Shown: piece after piece, positions 19,019 through 30,004 of the stretch
Layout of the letters: each line of letters begins with the position of its first letter
Position numbering within the stretch: position 1 is the stretch's first letter
Assembly (NCBI GenBank): GCA_031398745.1
Contig: JANNNX010000009.1
Coordinates: 4,038-68,037, forward strand
Length of the DNA: 64,000 nucleotides
Origin: Actinomycetes bacterium
GTDB taxonomy: Bacteria; Actinomycetota; Acidimicrobiia; Acidimicrobiales; CADCSY01
Direction: 5' to 3'
Notes under the pieces: model-generated
The model's input: the letters and a program-made list of their open reading frames with translations, nothing else
What the model was told of the DNA's origin: nothing
Databases searched by the model: none
Made by a program: the position numbers and the translations under genes

Positions 19019-19218
19019 TCGAGCGGGCGGCGCCCGTACGCCGACATCGGACCTCAGTCCCCGCCGCAGGGGTACGGCGCATCGACTCGGATCCAATCGG
19101 CCGCCATCGTCAGAACGTACTGGTCACGAGAAGGTCGAGACAGTTACCGGCTGCTTTCAGACGGAGTACCCGCTGAACTGAACAGGCCCCTTCTCGCAGT
19201 CGCTCCCAGGTTCGAGTT

Positions 19219-19393
19219 GCCGAAGAGATAGCTGTCGGCACCGAGGAATCGCCTCTCCGGTAGGCGACATGCCGTCAACCAGCAGGTTCGGGACACTGCT
19301 GGAAAGATCCCAGCGGAAGGTCGTCGAGCTGGTACCGCCACGCCCAGTCCGAAGGCCGTCGCCGTGGTAGGTGTAGGTGGTCCGATTGCCGCG
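19219..19393 (-). pseudogene. RHS/YD-repeat protein remnant
   Basis: Hand translation gives RGNRTTYTYHGDGLRTG..TTFRWDLSSSVPNLLVDG, then DSYLFG in a shifted frame; in-frame TAA just upstream. Confidence 0.65.
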
Positions 19394-19566
19394 AGTGCCT
19401 TACCCAACCGCTTGACCGGACGCGGCCAGGCTGGACATTGAGGAGATGGCCGCCTCAACCTCGCCGTGGGGGCGGTGGCAGGAGGGGGGACGCGGTGGCG
19501 ATGGGCTGCCCCCCTAGGTGCCCGCCGACATCACGGGGCGGCGCCTGCTGACTCGCAAGAGCGAAG

Positions 19567-19639
19567 TGGAGCTGATGGGGATCGAACCCACTACCTCCTG
19601 CATGCCATGCAGGCGCTCTACCAACTGAGCTACAGCCCC
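19567..19639 (-). tRNA. tRNA-Ala(GGC), CCA not encoded
   Basis: GGGGCTGTAGCTCAGTTGGTAGAGCG-CCTGC-AT-GGC-AT-GCAGG...GGTTCGATCCC...AGCTCCA cloverleaf. Confidence 0.97.
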
Positions 19640-19698
19640 GTGAAGGGCCACCGAATCTAGCTGCCGGCCAGCCGGGTGGCGGTGCTGGCCCTCGCCGG

Positions 19699-22677
19699 TC
19701 AGCGGGTGACGATGTTCACGATGCGGTCCGGGACGACGACGACCTTGGCCACCGTGCGCTCCCCGAGGGCCGCCACCACTCGCTCATCGGCCAGGGCGGC
19801 GGCCTCGGCCCCGGCCGGGTCGAGCCCGGCCGCCAGCTCGAGGCGGGCCCGCACCTTGCCGTCGACCTGGACCGGCACCGACACGGTCTCGGTTACCAGG
19901 AGCGCCGGATCGGCACTCGGGTAGGGGGCCCAGACGACCGAGCCGTCCCGACCGAGGCGGGACCACAGCTCCTCGGCGATGTGGGGGGCCAACGGAGCCA
20001 GCATCCGCACCAGTGCGTCGGCCACCTCGACCGGCGTGCCGCCGAGCGGGCCGACCACCCGGCCGAGCGCGTTGTTGAGCTCGATGAGCTTGGCCACCGC
20101 GGTGTTGAACCGCAGGGCCTCCATCTCCGTGGTGACCGCGTCGATGGTCTGGTGCAGCAGGCGGCGCAGGGCGTCGTCGGCCTCCACCTCGAGCACGCGG
20201 CTCTCGCCAGTGGCCTCGTCGACCAGGTTGCGCCACACCCGCTGGAGGAACCGGTGGACGCCGACGATGTCACGGGTGCTCCAGGGCCGGTCGGTGTCGA
20301 GCGGGCCCATCGACATCTCGTAGAGGCGCAGGGTGTCGGCGCCGTACTCGTCGTAGACGTCCTCCGGCGACACCGCGTTCTTCAGGCTCTTGCCCATCTT
20401 CCCGTACTCCCGGAGAACCGGGTTGCCTGCCGGGTCGACGAAGCCGCTCGCCTCGTCACCCGTGACCGAGGCCGCCTCGACGTAGACCCCGCGGCTGTCG
20501 CGGTAGGCCGGGGCGAGGATGTAGCCCTGGTTGAACAGCCGCTGGAAGGGCTCCGGGGTCGAGACGTGGCCGAGGTCGAAGAGGACCTTGTGCCAGAAGC
20601 GGGCGTACAACAGGTGGAGCACGGCGTGCTCCACGCCCCCCACGTAGAGGTCGACGCCACCGAAGGTCGGCGCGCCGTCGGAGCGGGCGCCTTGCATCCA
20701 GTACGCCTCGACCTCGGGGTCGACGAAGGCGTCGTCGTTGGTGGGGTCGAGGTAGCGCAGGTAGTACCAGCACGACCCCGCCCACTGGGGCATCGTGTTC
20801 AGCTCCCGCCGGTAGGCCTTGGGCCCGTCGCCGAGGTCGAGGGTCACCGTGGCCCAGTCGGTGGCCCGACCGAGCGGCGGCGCGGGAAGCGACTCGTCGT
20901 CATCGTCCAGCACGGTGGGGGCGTAGTCGTCGACCTCGGGCAGCTCGACGGGGAGCATCGACGCCGGCAACGCCACCGGCAGGCCGTGCTCGTCGTACAC
21001 GATCGGGAACGGCTCGCCCCAGTAGCGCTGCCGGGAGAACAGCCAGTCGCGCAGCTTGTAGGTGACGGCCAGCTCACCGGCACCGATCGCCGCCAGCCAC
21101 TCGGTGATGGCCGCCTTGGCCTCGGGGGTGGGCAAGTCGTCCAGGCTGATCTCGTCGTTGCTCGAGCCGGTGGCCAGGCCCTCGCCGGTGAACGCCTCGG
21201 GCCACTGGTCGGCTGTGGCCGACGGCTCGAGGTCGTGGCCGGCAAACCACGCCGGGGGCGGGGCCACGACCTCGACGATGTCGAGGTCGAAGGTGGTGGC
21301 GAACTCGAAGTCGCGGGTGTCGTGCGCCGGCACCGCCATGATCGCCCCCGTGCCGTAGCCCATGAGCACGTAGTCGGCGAGGAAGACGGGGATGGCGTCG
21401 CCGGTGGTGGGGTTCACCGCGAACGCACCGGTGAACACGCCGGTCTTGTCCCGGTCGTCGATCTGGCGGTCGAGGTCGGAGGTGGCGCTGGTGTGTCGCC
21501 GGTAGGCGGCCACCGCCTGGGCGGGGGTCGGCCAGCCCCCGGTGGGGGCATCGGGCATGGCGGAGGACCCCGCGCCCTTCCAGGAGCTGGGTGTGTCCTG
21601 GGGCCAGGCTCGGGTGACCAGTCCGTCGACCAGCGGGTGCTCGGGGGCCAGCACTACGTACGTCGCCCCGAACAGGGTGTCGGGGCGGGTGGTGAAGACC
21701 TCGACGGCCAGCCCGGCCTCGCCGGCGACCTCGAAGGTGACCCGGGCCCCCTCGCTGCGGCCGATCCAGTTCCGTTGCATCAGCTTGATCGGCTCGGGCC
21801 ACTCGATCAGGTCGAGATCGTCGATCAGTCGCTCGGCGTAGGCGGTGATACGCAGCTTCCACTGCTCGAGATTGCGCTTGAAGACCGGGAAGTCACCCCG
21901 CTCGCTGCGGCCCTCGGCGGTGACCTCCTCGTTGGCCAGCACGGTCCCCAGCCCGGGGCACCAGTTGACGGCGGCCTCGTCGAGGTAGGCCAAGCGGTGG
22001 GCATCGATCACGGCCCTCCGGCCCAGAGGCGACAGCTCGTCCCAGCGGCGGCCCTCGGGGTGGGTGTCGTCCACCACCAGGCGGGCCCCGGACTCGAACT
22101 CGCCCACCAACTCGGCGATGGGCCGGGCCCGCCCGGCCTCGACGTCGAACCAGGCGTCGAAGAGCTGGAGGAAGATCCATTGGGTCCAGAGGTAGAAGGA
22201 GACGTCGGTGGTGGCCACGCTGCGCCGGTCGTCATGGCCCAGACCCATGGCCCGGAACTGGCGGCGCATGGTGGCGATGTTCGCCTCGGTGGTGACCCGA
22301 GGGTGCTGGCCGGTCTGCACCGCGTACTGCTCGGCCGGCAGCCCGAAGGCGTCATAACCCATGGCGTGGAGCACGTTGAAGCCGGACATGCGCTTGAACC
22401 GGGCGAAGACGTCGGTGCCGATGTAGCCCAACGGGTGCCCGACGTGGAGCCCGGTGCCGCTCGGGTACGGGAACATGTCGAGCACGTAGAGCTTGGGTCG
22501 CTCGACGAGCTCGTCGGTACCGATGCCGACGAGCAGCTCACCACTCGGGTTGGGGGCGTGGTAGGTGCCGTCGAGCGCCCAGCGGTCCTGCCAGTGGCGC
22601 TCGATCTGGTTCGCCAGTTCAGGCCCGTAGCGGACCGCGGGCCGGTCGTCGGCGGGGAACTCGGCGGCGTCGGACAT
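19699..22677 (-). CDS. leuS: Leucine--tRNA ligase
   Basis: [39 protein letters not shown]. Confidence 0.97.
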   Translation of the reverse strand: MSDAAEFPADDRPAVRYGPELANQIERHWQDRWALDGTYHAPNPSGELLVGIGTDELVERPKLYVLDMFPYPSGTGLHVGHPLGYIGTDVFARFKRMSGFNVLHAMGYDAFGLPAEQYAVQTGQHPRVTTEANIATMRRQFRAMGLGHDDRRSVATTDVSFYLWTQWIFLQLFDAWFDVEAGRARPIAELVGEFESGARLVVDDTHPEGRRWDELSPLGRRAVIDAHRLAYLDEAAVNWCPGLGTVLANEEVTAEGRSERGDFPVFKRNLEQWKLRITAYAERLIDDLDLIEWPEPIKLMQRNWIGRSEGARVTFEVAGEAGLAVEVFTTRPDTLFGATYVVLAPEHPLVDGLVTRAWPQDTPSSWKGAGSSAMPDAPTGGWPTPAQAVAAYRRHTSATSDLDRQIDDRDKTGVFTGAFAVNPTTGDAIPVFLADYVLMGYGTGAIMAVPAHDTRDFEFATTFDLDIVEVVAPPPAWFAGHDLEPSATADQWPEAFTGEGLATGSSNDEISLDDLPTPEAKAAITEWLAAIGAGELAVTYKLRDWLFSRQRYWGEPFPIVYDEHGLPVALPASMLPVELPEVDDYAPTVLDDDDESLPAPPLGRATDWATVTLDLGDGPKAYRRELNTMPQWAGSCWYYLRYLDPTNDDAFVDPEVEAYWMQGARSDGAPTFGGVDLYVGGVEHAVLHLLYARFWHKVLFDLGHVSTPEPFQRLFNQGYILAPAYRDSRGVYVEAASVTGDEASGFVDPAGNPVLREYGKMGKSLKNAVSPEDVYDEYGADTLRLYEMSMGPLDTDRPWSTRDIVGVHRFLQRVWRNLVDEATGESRVLEVEADDALRRLLHQTIDAVTTEMEALRFNTAVAKLIELNNALGRVVGPLGGTPVEVADALVRMLAPLAPHIAEELWSRLGRDGSVVWAPYPSADPALLVTETVSVPVQVDGKVRARLELAAGLDPAGAEAAALADERVVAALGERTVAKVVVVPDRIVNIVTR

Positions 22678-22715
22678 GGCCGGAGCGTAGGCCGGCGGTC
22701 GCGAGGCTCCCGGGC

Positions 22716-23609
22716 TCAGCTGTCGGCGCCGCCGTCGAGTCGGCGGAGGAACCGCTCGACCTCGTCGGCCAGCTCGTCGCCGCTCGGTAGGTCGGCGGCT
22801 GAGCCGAATGGCGCGTTGCGCTCGAGCTCGGCCTGGGCATCGTGGCTCTGCTCGAGGTTGTCCAGCATCTGACGGTGCTCGGGGTTGGCCGCCACCAGCT
22901 CGTCGAGTCGACTGTGGACGTTCTCGGCTGCGGTTCGCAGGGCCGTGTTGTCCCACCGGATGCCTGCGACCTGGGCGATCGCGTCGACCAGGTCGGCCGA
23001 AGCCCGGGGGTAGGTCATGTTCGACACGTAGTGCGGGACCTGGGCCCAGATGCCCATGGCCGGGATGTCGGACTGGCCGCACAGGTCGATGAGGACAGTG
23101 TCGAGGCCTGCCGGGGCGCTCACCATCCGGGTGACCCGGCCGACCCGGGCGGCCAGCTCCTGGCTGGTGGCCATGGCCGTCAGCCGGGTGGCCCGGGTGT
23201 GGGGCACGTTGGACGGGAAGGCGTTGAGGGTGATGGCCAGGCGGACCCCGAGGTCGTCGGCCAGCTCGAGAACCTGGCCGGCGAAGGTGTGCCAGCGCAG
23301 GTCTGGCTCGGGGCCGACCAGCAGCAGGACGTCTCTGCCGTCGGCGTCCTTGGTGGCCAGCAGTGCGATCTCGGGCCAGGTGATCTCGGTGAGCCGGGCC
23401 TGGTCGAGGTGCAGCGAGGGGCGATGCGAGCGGTGGTCGAGGAGCTCGTCGGCGTCGAACCGAGCGACCAGCGTCGTCTCGTGGGCGTCGACCATGTGGC
23501 TCATGGCGCTGGATGCCGCCTGACCGGCATCGAGGAAGCCCTCGAAGTGCACCACCAGCAACGGATCCTGCAATGAGGGCTCTTCCAACAGCTCGTACAG
23601 CTCGTCCAC
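22716..23609 (-). CDS. PAC2 family (proteasome assembly chaperone-like) protein
   Basis: [42 protein letters not shown]. Confidence 0.88.
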   Translation of the reverse strand: MDELYELLEEPSLQDPLLVVHFEGFLDAGQAASSAMSHMVDAHETTLVARFDADELLDHRSHRPSLHLDQARLTEITWPEIALLATKDADGRDVLLLVGPEPDLRWHTFAGQVLELADDLGVRLAITLNAFPSNVPHTRATRLTAMATSQELAARVGRVTRMVSAPAGLDTVLIDLCGQSDIPAMGIWAQVPHYVSNMTYPRASADLVDAIAQVAGIRWDNTALRTAAENVHSRLDELVAANPEHRQMLDNLEQSHDAQAELERNAPFGSAADLPSGDELADEVERFLRRLDGGADS

Positions 23610-23663
23610 CAGGCCTCCGGGTCGCCTCGCGGCACACGGTAGCGGTGCTTGTAGCCTGCGGGC

Positions 23664-24371
23664 ATGACCGACGTGACCGACGCGACCTTCGAGCAGGACG
23701 TCATCCGCAGGTCGCACGAGGTGCCGGTTGTCGTCGACCTGTGGGCCGAATGGTGTGGGCCTTGCCGCCAGCTCGGACCGATCCTCGAGGCCGCCGTCGA
23801 GGCGACCGGGGGCCAGGTGGTGCTCACCAAGGTGGACGTCGACGCCAACCCGCAGATCTCCCAGGCGTTCCAGGTTCAGTCGATCCCGGCGGTCTACGCA
23901 CTGCGCGACGGAAAGGTGGTCGAGGGCTTCATCGGGGCCCAGCCCCAGGCCGCGGTCGAAGAGTGGATCGCTCGACTCCTGCCCAGCTCCGAGGCGACCG
24001 AGCTCCAGCAGCTGATCGACACCGGCACCGAGGAGTCGCTGCGGGCGGCCCTCGAGATCGAGCCCGGCAACGAAGCTGCCGTCGTCGGCCTGGCCGAGCT
24101 GTTGGTGGTCGACGACCGTGGCGACGAGGCGCTGACCCTGCTGGCTCGGATCCCGGAGTCGGCCGACACCCGCCGGGTGGCGGCGCTGGCTCGGGTGGGC
24201 GTCCCGGACGGCGACTCCGACGACCTGTCGGCTCGCCTCGACCAGCTGCTCGAGCAGGTGAAGGGCGACGAGGACGCGCGACGCGAGTACCTCGACCTCC
24301 TCGAGCTACTGGGGCCGGACGACCCCCGCACCGCGGTCTACCGCCGGACGCTCACCGCCCGCCTGTTCTGA
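23664..24371 (+). CDS. Thioredoxin plus TPR co-chaperone (YbbN/CnoX-like)
   Basis: [10 protein letters not shown] active site; C-terminal helical region ending [10 protein letters not shown]. Confidence 0.9.
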   Translation: MTDVTDATFEQDVIRRSHEVPVVVDLWAEWCGPCRQLGPILEAAVEATGGQVVLTKVDVDANPQISQAFQVQSIPAVYALRDGKVVEGFIGAQPQAAVEEWIARLLPSSEATELQQLIDTGTEESLRAALEIEPGNEAAVVGLAELLVVDDRGDEALTLLARIPESADTRRVAALARVGVPDGDSDDLSARLDQLLEQVKGDEDARREYLDLLELLGPDDPRTAVYRRTLTARLF

Positions 24372-24393
24372 GTCGCTCGGTCCGGCCGAGCAG

Positions 24394-25146
24394 GTGATCA
24401 CCGATCCGTGGTTCTACGCCGTCGCCCTCCCGGCGGTGGTGGTCACCGGCATCTCCAAGGGAGGCTTCGGCGCTGGCCTCGGGGTGCTCTCGGTCCCCCT
24501 GATGGCACTGGTCATCCCGGCCGGCGACGCCGCCGGCATCATGCTCCCCGTCCTGCTGATCATGGATGCGGTCGGCGTGTGGCGGTACCGCCGGACCTGG
24601 GACCGGCGCAACCTCGAGATCCTGATCCCGGCCGCCCTGCTCGGGATCGCGGTGGGGTTCCTCACCGCTTCGGTGGTCGAGGAGGGGTCGGTCAACCTGC
24701 TCACCGGCGCGATCGCGGTGGCCTTCACCCTCGATCGGTGGCTCCGGCGCCCGAGCGCGGGCCGAACCGTCAAGCGGGCGACCGTGCCCGACGGCGTGCT
24801 GTGGGGCTCGCTCACCGGCTTCACCAGCTTCACCGCGCACTCGGGCGGCCCGCCGTTCCAGGTCTACACGCTGCCCCAGCGGCTGCCCGCCGCGCTCTAC
24901 GTGGGGACCAACGTGCTGCTGTTCGCGGCGGTGAACGCGGCCAAGGTACCGCCCTACGCGATCCTCGGGCGGCTCGACACCGCCAACCTGGCCACCTCGG
25001 CCGTGCTCTTCCCCTTGGCGCCCGTCGGCATCCTCCTCGGGTTCTGGATCCAGGACCGCATCCCGGCCGAGCCCTTCTACCGCATCTGTTACGTGCTGCT
25101 GTTCGTGGTCGGGCTCCGGCTGCTGTGGGACGGGCTCGGGCTGTGA
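24394..25146 (+). CDS. TauE/SafE family membrane protein
   Basis: GISKGGFG, GFTSF.AHSGGPP, multiple TM helices. Confidence 0.88.
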   Translation: MITDPWFYAVALPAVVVTGISKGGFGAGLGVLSVPLMALVIPAGDAAGIMLPVLLIMDAVGVWRYRRTWDRRNLEILIPAALLGIAVGFLTASVVEEGSVNLLTGAIAVAFTLDRWLRRPSAGRTVKRATVPDGVLWGSLTGFTSFTAHSGGPPFQVYTLPQRLPAALYVGTNVLLFAAVNAAKVPPYAILGRLDTANLATSAVLFPLAPVGILLGFWIQDRIPAEPFYRICYVLLFVVGLRLLWDGLGL

Positions 25147-25256
25147 CCGCCCGGTCGGGCCCCTAGGCTCGACCCGCTCGTCCGGACCCGGTCTCGGTTC
25201 CGAGGCCGGCTCGTCCTTCGCTTCCCCCCACCGGCGTCCGTCCCCGGGAAGCGACC

Positions 25257-26015
25257 ATGGCCGAACCCACACCCGAGCACCGCCCTCCACCCGCGCCCGA
25301 CGAGCCTCCGCGCCTGGTCGACCCGCTCGACTGGCGCCGACAGCTCCGCGAGGCGGTGTCGGCGGGGAGTCCGTGGCGTGGGCCGGCCACCACCGCGGTG
25401 GCGGCGGCCGCGGTCGTCGCGCTCGGGGTGCTGGCGCTGCTGGTCTGGCGGGGGGCCACGGCCGAGCCGATCGAAGTCGGGCTGCCCCGGGCCGATACGG
25501 GCGAGGGGTCCGCACCGGGGGACACCTCGGGGGGTGCCTCGGGCGTCGGCGGGGACTCGACCACGACGACCGCCGCCTCGTCGGTGGTGGCGCACGCCGC
25601 CGGCGCAGTGCAGGCACCGGGCGTCTACCGCCTCCCGGCGGGGGCTCGGGTGGCCGACCTGGTCGAGGCGGCCGGGGGCGTGCGGGTCGACGCCGACGTC
25701 GACCGGGTGAACCTGGCGGCACCGGTGGTCGACGGGGAGCGGGTCTACGTGCCCGTCCTCGGAGAGGCCGTGGCGCCGGCCGCGACCAACGGCGGCGGTG
25801 GCGCGACGAGCGAAGCGGGAGCCGGGCCGGTGAACATCAACACCGCCACCGCGGCCGAGCTCGAGACACTGCCCGGGGTGGGTCCGGCGACGGCTGAGGC
25901 CATCATCGAGGAGCGGACCCGCCGGGGTGGCTTCGCATCGGTGGAGGAGCTGCTCGAGGTCCGCGGCATCGGCGACGCCAAGCTGGCCCAGCTGCGCGAC
26001 CGGGTCACCCTGTGA
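25257..26015 (+). CDS. comEA: Competence DNA receptor
   Basis: TM helix, SLBB domain (GAV.APGVY.LP.GARV), HhH (VNINTA...LPGVGP). Confidence 0.93.
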   Translation: MAEPTPEHRPPPAPDEPPRLVDPLDWRRQLREAVSAGSPWRGPATTAVAAAAVVALGVLALLVWRGATAEPIEVGLPRADTGEGSAPGDTSGGASGVGGDSTTTTAASSVVAHAAGAVQAPGVYRLPAGARVADLVEAAGGVRVDADVDRVNLAAPVVDGERVYVPVLGEAVAPAATNGGGGATSEAGAGPVNINTATAAELETLPGVGPATAEAIIEERTRRGGFASVEELLEVRGIGDAKLAQLRDRVTL

Positions 26016-27838
26016 TGGTCCACGACCGGACCGTGGTGGCGGCCGCGTCGACGGCGGCGGCCGGGGCCTGGCTGGCTCGGCCGGTGCCGATCTGGCTGGT
26101 GCTGGCCCTGAGCCTGGCTGCCGTGGGGCTGCGTCGACGGCCGGCGGGGGTGGTGGTCGTGCTGGTGCTCGGGGGCGTGGTGGCCTCGCTGCTCGGGGCC
26201 CGGGCCTGGGCCGGTCTCGACCCGCCGATCGCGGGCACCCGGGTCGAGGCGTGGGCAACGGTGCTGAGCGACCCGGTCCGCTCTGCGGGCGCCGTTCGTG
26301 CCGACCTCCGGCTCGGCTCGAGCCGGGTCGAGGCCTGGGCCCGGGGGGCCGCGGGCAGCACTCTGGCCGGTGCCGCGGCGGGGGAGCGCGTGCGGGTGCG
26401 GGGGCGTCTGGGCCCCGTGGCAGACGGGTCGAGGGTTCGATCGGCAGCCCGTCACGTCGCCGCCCGACTCCAGGTGGATGCCATCGACGACCGGGACGCG
26501 GGCTCGATCTGGGCCCGGGCGGTCAACCGGGTCCGGCAGATGGTCGGGGCTGGCGCCCGCCCCCTCACCGACGACCAGGCCGCGCTGTACACGGGCATGG
26601 TCGTCGGCGACGACCGGAACATGTCGGCGGCCCGCATCGACGATTTCCGGGGCGCGGGGCTCTCTCACCTCACCGCGGTGTCGGGCCAGAATGTGGCCTT
26701 CGTGCTCGTCCTGGCCGGGCCCCTCCTGCGCCGGGTCGGGCTCCGGTGGCGCTGGGTCCTCACCGTTGGGGTCATCGCCGCCTTCGCGGCCGTGACCCGG
26801 TTCGAGCCGTCGGTGCTGCGGGCGTCGGCCATGGCCGCGGGGGCGGCCACCGCCCACGGTCTGGGGTGGCCCCAGTCGCGGCTGCGGTTGGTGGCGATCG
26901 CCGTGCTCGGGCTCCTCTTGGTGGACCCGCTGCTCGTGCGTAGCGCCGGGTTCCAGCTGTCGGTCGGCGCCACGCTGGGCCTGGCCGTCTTGGCCGAGCC
27001 GATCGCGGCCCGGCTCCCCGGGCCCCGGTGGGTGGCCGATGGCCTCGGTGTCACCCTGGCGGCCCAGCTCGGTGTGGCCCCGGTCAGCCTGGCGCTGTTC
27101 GGATCGATGCCGTTGGCGTCCATCCCCGCCAACCTGGTGGCCGTCCCGGCGGCCGGGCCGGTGATGATGTGGGGACTCACCGGCGGGGTCGTGGCCGGGG
27201 CGCTCGGCTCACCGGTTGGCGATCTGGCCCAGCTCCCGGTAGGCCTGGCCCTGTCCTGGGTCGGCGGAGTCGCCCGGGTCGGGGCGCGGCTTCCCCTGGG
27301 CCAGGTCGGTGCCGGGCAGCTGGTCGGGGTCGTGGCCGCAGTGGTGGGTGCCCAGTGGGTGGGCCGGCGCTTGCCCCGGGCCAGCGCCGGGGTCGGCGCC
27401 GGCCTGTGTGCGGCGGTGCTCCTCGGTCCCCTGACCGTCCCAGCCGCCGACGCTCGCGGCCGGCCTCTCGGCGACGGTGCTCACCTGTGGCGTGTCGGTG
27501 GTGCGGTCGTGGTGGTTGTCGATGGAGCGGGGAGCGGCTCGCTCCTCGAGGCCCTCCGCCGGGCGGAGGTCACCCGCATCGACCTGCTGGTGTGCACCCG
27601 GGGAAGCCGGTCGGTGAGCGGGGTGGTGCTCGACGTGCGGCGCCGGGTGCACGTTGGCGCCATCCTCGCTCCGGCCGGTTCCGCCATCCGCGACGCATCC
27701 TTCGTTCCGTCCGGCACCTCCGTCCAGGTCGGTGGGCTCTCGGTGGCGGTGCTCGCCGGTGCCCCCCGGCTGGAGGTCGAGGTGGCGGTGGGAGACGGTC
27801 CCCGGGCCCCTCCCCGAGGAGCCGGAGCCGGGGGTTAG
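26015..27838 (+). CDS. comEC: ComEC/Rec2 DNA uptake channel with degenerate C-terminal MBL domain
   Basis: GLSHLTAVSGQNV, EPSVLRA, GFQLS. Confidence 0.9.
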   Translation: MVHDRTVVAAASTAAAGAWLARPVPIWLVLALSLAAVGLRRRPAGVVVVLVLGGVVASLLGARAWAGLDPPIAGTRVEAWATVLSDPVRSAGAVRADLRLGSSRVEAWARGAAGSTLAGAAAGERVRVRGRLGPVADGSRVRSAARHVAARLQVDAIDDRDAGSIWARAVNRVRQMVGAGARPLTDDQAALYTGMVVGDDRNMSAARIDDFRGAGLSHLTAVSGQNVAFVLVLAGPLLRRVGLRWRWVLTVGVIAAFAAVTRFEPSVLRASAMAAGAATAHGLGWPQSRLRLVAIAVLGLLLVDPLLVRSAGFQLSVGATLGLAVLAEPIAARLPGPRWVADGLGVTLAAQLGVAPVSLALFGSMPLASIPANLVAVPAAGPVMMWGLTGGVVAGALGSPVGDLAQLPVGLALSWVGGVARVGARLPLGQVGAGQLVGVVAAVVGAQWVGRRLPRASAGVGAGLCAAVLLGPLTVPAADARGRPLGDGAHLWRVGGAVVVVVDGAGSGSLLEALRRAEVTRIDLLVCTRGSRSVSGVVLDVRRRVHVGAILAPAGSAIRDASFVPSGTSVQVGGLSVAVLAGAPRLEVEVAVGDGPRAPPRGAGAGG

Positions 27839-27847
27839 GGTCCGCCG

Positions 27848-28681
27848 GTGGAGCTCCTGCTCGGCGATCGCCGCCTCGACCTGACCCATCGGGCGGCGGT
27901 GATGGGCATCGTCAACCGCACCCCCGACTCCTTCTTCGATCGCGGGGCGTTCTGGGACGGTGATGCCTTCCTCCGGCTGGCCGAACAGCACCTCCGCGAT
28001 GGCGCCGACCTGGTCGACATCGGCGGGGTCAAGGCCGGTCCAGGCGAGGAGGTGGGCCTGCAGGAGGAGCTCGACCGGGTGGTGCCGGCGGTGACCAGGG
28101 TGGCTGAGCGCCTCGACGTGGCCATCTCGGTGGACACCTGGCGGGCCTCGGTGGCCGCCGCCGCCTTCGCCGCCGGCGCCGTCGTCGGCAACGACATCAG
28201 CGGTTTCGCCGACCCCGACTACCTCGCCACGGCCGCCGCCGCCGGGGCCACGGTGGTCGCCACCCACATCCGGCTGGGTCCCCGCATCCCCGACCCCGAG
28301 CCGGTCTACGACGATGTCATGGCCACGGTGGCCTCGTATCTCGCCGAGCGGGTCGAGGCGGCCCGGACGGCAGGCATCGACCCCGAGCGGATCGTCGTCG
28401 ATGCCGGGCTCGACCTGGGCAAGACGCCCGCCCAGTCGCTGGAGCTCCTGCGGGCCTCCGATCGGCTGGCCGGCCTCGGGCACCCGCTGCTGCTGTCGGC
28501 CTCCAACAAGACCTTCCTGGGGCACCTCCTGCACCTCGAGGTCGACCAGCGCCGACTGGCCAGCCACGCCGCCCATGCCCTGGGCGTGGCCCGGGGGTGC
28601 CGGGTGCTGCGGGTCCACGACGTGGCCGGCGCCCGCCGGGTGGCCGACGTCCTGGCCGCGGTCTCGGTGGCTCGACCGTGA
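27848..28681 (+). CDS. Dihydropteroate synthase family protein, FolP2-type
   Basis: VNRTPDSFFD, DIGGVKAGPG (not GGESTRPG), SNK, RVHDV. Confidence 0.88.
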   Translation: MELLLGDRRLDLTHRAAVMGIVNRTPDSFFDRGAFWDGDAFLRLAEQHLRDGADLVDIGGVKAGPGEEVGLQEELDRVVPAVTRVAERLDVAISVDTWRASVAAAAFAAGAVVGNDISGFADPDYLATAAAAGATVVATHIRLGPRIPDPEPVYDDVMATVASYLAERVEAARTAGIDPERIVVDAGLDLGKTPAQSLELLRASDRLAGLGHPLLLSASNKTFLGHLLHLEVDQRRLASHAAHALGVARGCRVLRVHDVAGARRVADVLAAVSVARP

Positions 28682-29700
28682 GCGACCAACCGGCCCGGGC
28701 CTACCTGGTGGGCGGGTCCGACCCGACCCTGCGCGACGACGCGGTGCGCGAGCTGGTCCGGGGATTGGTGGGCGACGGCGATGCCGGCCTGGCCGTCGAG
28801 GAGCACGTGCTCGACGCCGACCACCCGGACCTGGCGCCGGTGGTCGATGCTGCCCGGACGCCCCCGTTCCTCTCCGACCGCCGGGTCGTGGTGGTCCGGG
28901 CGATCACCTCGGCGTCGGCCGAGGCGGTGGCGCCTCTGGTCGAGTACCTGGCCGAGCCCCTCGACACGACCACGCTGGTGCTGGTGGCCGGCGACGCCGG
29001 CCGGATCCCCAAGGTTCTGGCCGACGCGGTCAAGGCGGTGGGGGAGAGCATCGACACGAGCGCCCCCCGCAACGCCCGGGCCCGGGAGTCGTGGATGGCG
29101 GCCCAGCTCCGGCAGGCGCCCGTTCACCTCGACGCCGAGGCGGCCGAGGAGCTCGATCGCCACCTGGGGGAAGATCTCGGCCGGCTGGCGGCCCTGCTCG
29201 ACGCGCTGGCCGCGGCCTACGGTGCTGGCGCGCGGGTCACGGGCGCGCAGCTCGAGCCGTTCCTCGGTACCGCCGGGTCGGTGCCCCCCTGGCAGCTCAC
29301 CGACGCCGTCGACCGGGGCGACACGCGGGCTGCCCTCGAAGCCCTCGACCGGCTCCTGGCCGCCGGCGAGCGGCATCCGCTGGTCGTGCTGGCCACCCTG
29401 TCATCGCACTACCTGCGGATGCTGCGCCTCGACGGGGCGGAGATCGGTGACGAGCAGGCTGCTGCCGCGGCGCTCGGGATGAAGGGCTCGACCTATCCGG
29501 CGAAGAAGGCGCTGACCCAGTTGCGGCGCCTGGGACATGACGGGGTCCTGCGGGCGGTGGCGCTACTGGCCGACGCCGACCTCGACCTGCGGGGGGCCAA
29601 GGGGTGGCCCGACCGGCTGGTGCTCGAAGTGCTGGTCGCTCGGTTGAGCCGGCTCGTGCCGAACTCGACGAGTCGGGTCAGCTCTGGACGGCGTCGTTGA
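28678..29700 (+). CDS. holA: DNA polymerase III delta subunit
   Basis: [23 protein letters not shown]; usual position between comEC and rpsT. Confidence 0.88.
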   Translation: MSDQPARAYLVGGSDPTLRDDAVRELVRGLVGDGDAGLAVEEHVLDADHPDLAPVVDAARTPPFLSDRRVVVVRAITSASAEAVAPLVEYLAEPLDTTTLVLVAGDAGRIPKVLADAVKAVGESIDTSAPRNARARESWMAAQLRQAPVHLDAEAAEELDRHLGEDLGRLAALLDALAAAYGAGARVTGAQLEPFLGTAGSVPPWQLTDAVDRGDTRAALEALDRLLAAGERHPLVVLATLSSHYLRMLRLDGAEIGDEQAAAAALGMKGSTYPAKKALTQLRRLGHDGVLRAVALLADADLDLRGAKGWPDRLVLEVLVARLSRLVPNSTSRVSSGRRR

Positions 29701-29944
29701 ACCGACGCATGAGGCGGCTCTTGCGTCGAGCTGCCGCGTTCTTGTGGATGACACCCTTGGACGCCGCCATGTCGAGCCGCTTGACGGCCAGTCGGAGGGC
29801 ATCCGCCGCGTTCTCGGCGCCGGCCTCGCCGGCCGCCAGGGCGCTGCGGGTGCGGGTCCGAAGCTCGGAGCGGACCGCCTTGTTGCGGACCCGGCGGACC
29901 TCGTTCTGACGGTTTCGCTTGATCTGGCTGCGGATGTTCGCCAT
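29678..29944 (-). CDS. rpsT: 30S ribosomal protein S20
   Basis: [13 protein letters not shown]...[16 protein letters not shown]. Confidence 0.97.
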   Translation of the reverse strand: MANIRSQIKRNRQNEVRRVRNKAVRSELRTRTRSALAAGEAGAENAADALRLAVKRLDMAASKGVIHKNAAARRKSRLMRRFNDAVQS

Positions 29945-30004
29945 GTCTCTCGGGGTCTGTCTCTCGTCGCGGGTCTGGTTCTGAGCCGTGTCACGCTAGC
30001 AGCC

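Larger units (their letters stand above)
18373..19576. mobile_element. Decayed genomic islet at the tRNA-Ala 3' end, bounded by a 14-bp direct repeat (attL/attR-like)
   Basis: GAAGTGGAGCTGAT at 18373-18386 and 19563-19576 (last 10 nt of the tRNA plus 4 nt flank); interior visibly more AT-rich with fragmentary ORFs; no integrase. Confidence 0.75.

Noticed and set aside
22678-23637. Apparent long N-terminal extension of LeuS (1312-aa ORF)
   Set aside because: The extension overlaps the PAC2 gene in another frame; ATG 22677 has a TACGCT -10 box 6 nt upstream
25215-25256. Hairpin CGCTTCCC...GGGAAGCG covering the comEA ribosome-binding region
   Set aside because: An 8-bp stem in very GC-rich DNA can arise by chance; no other support
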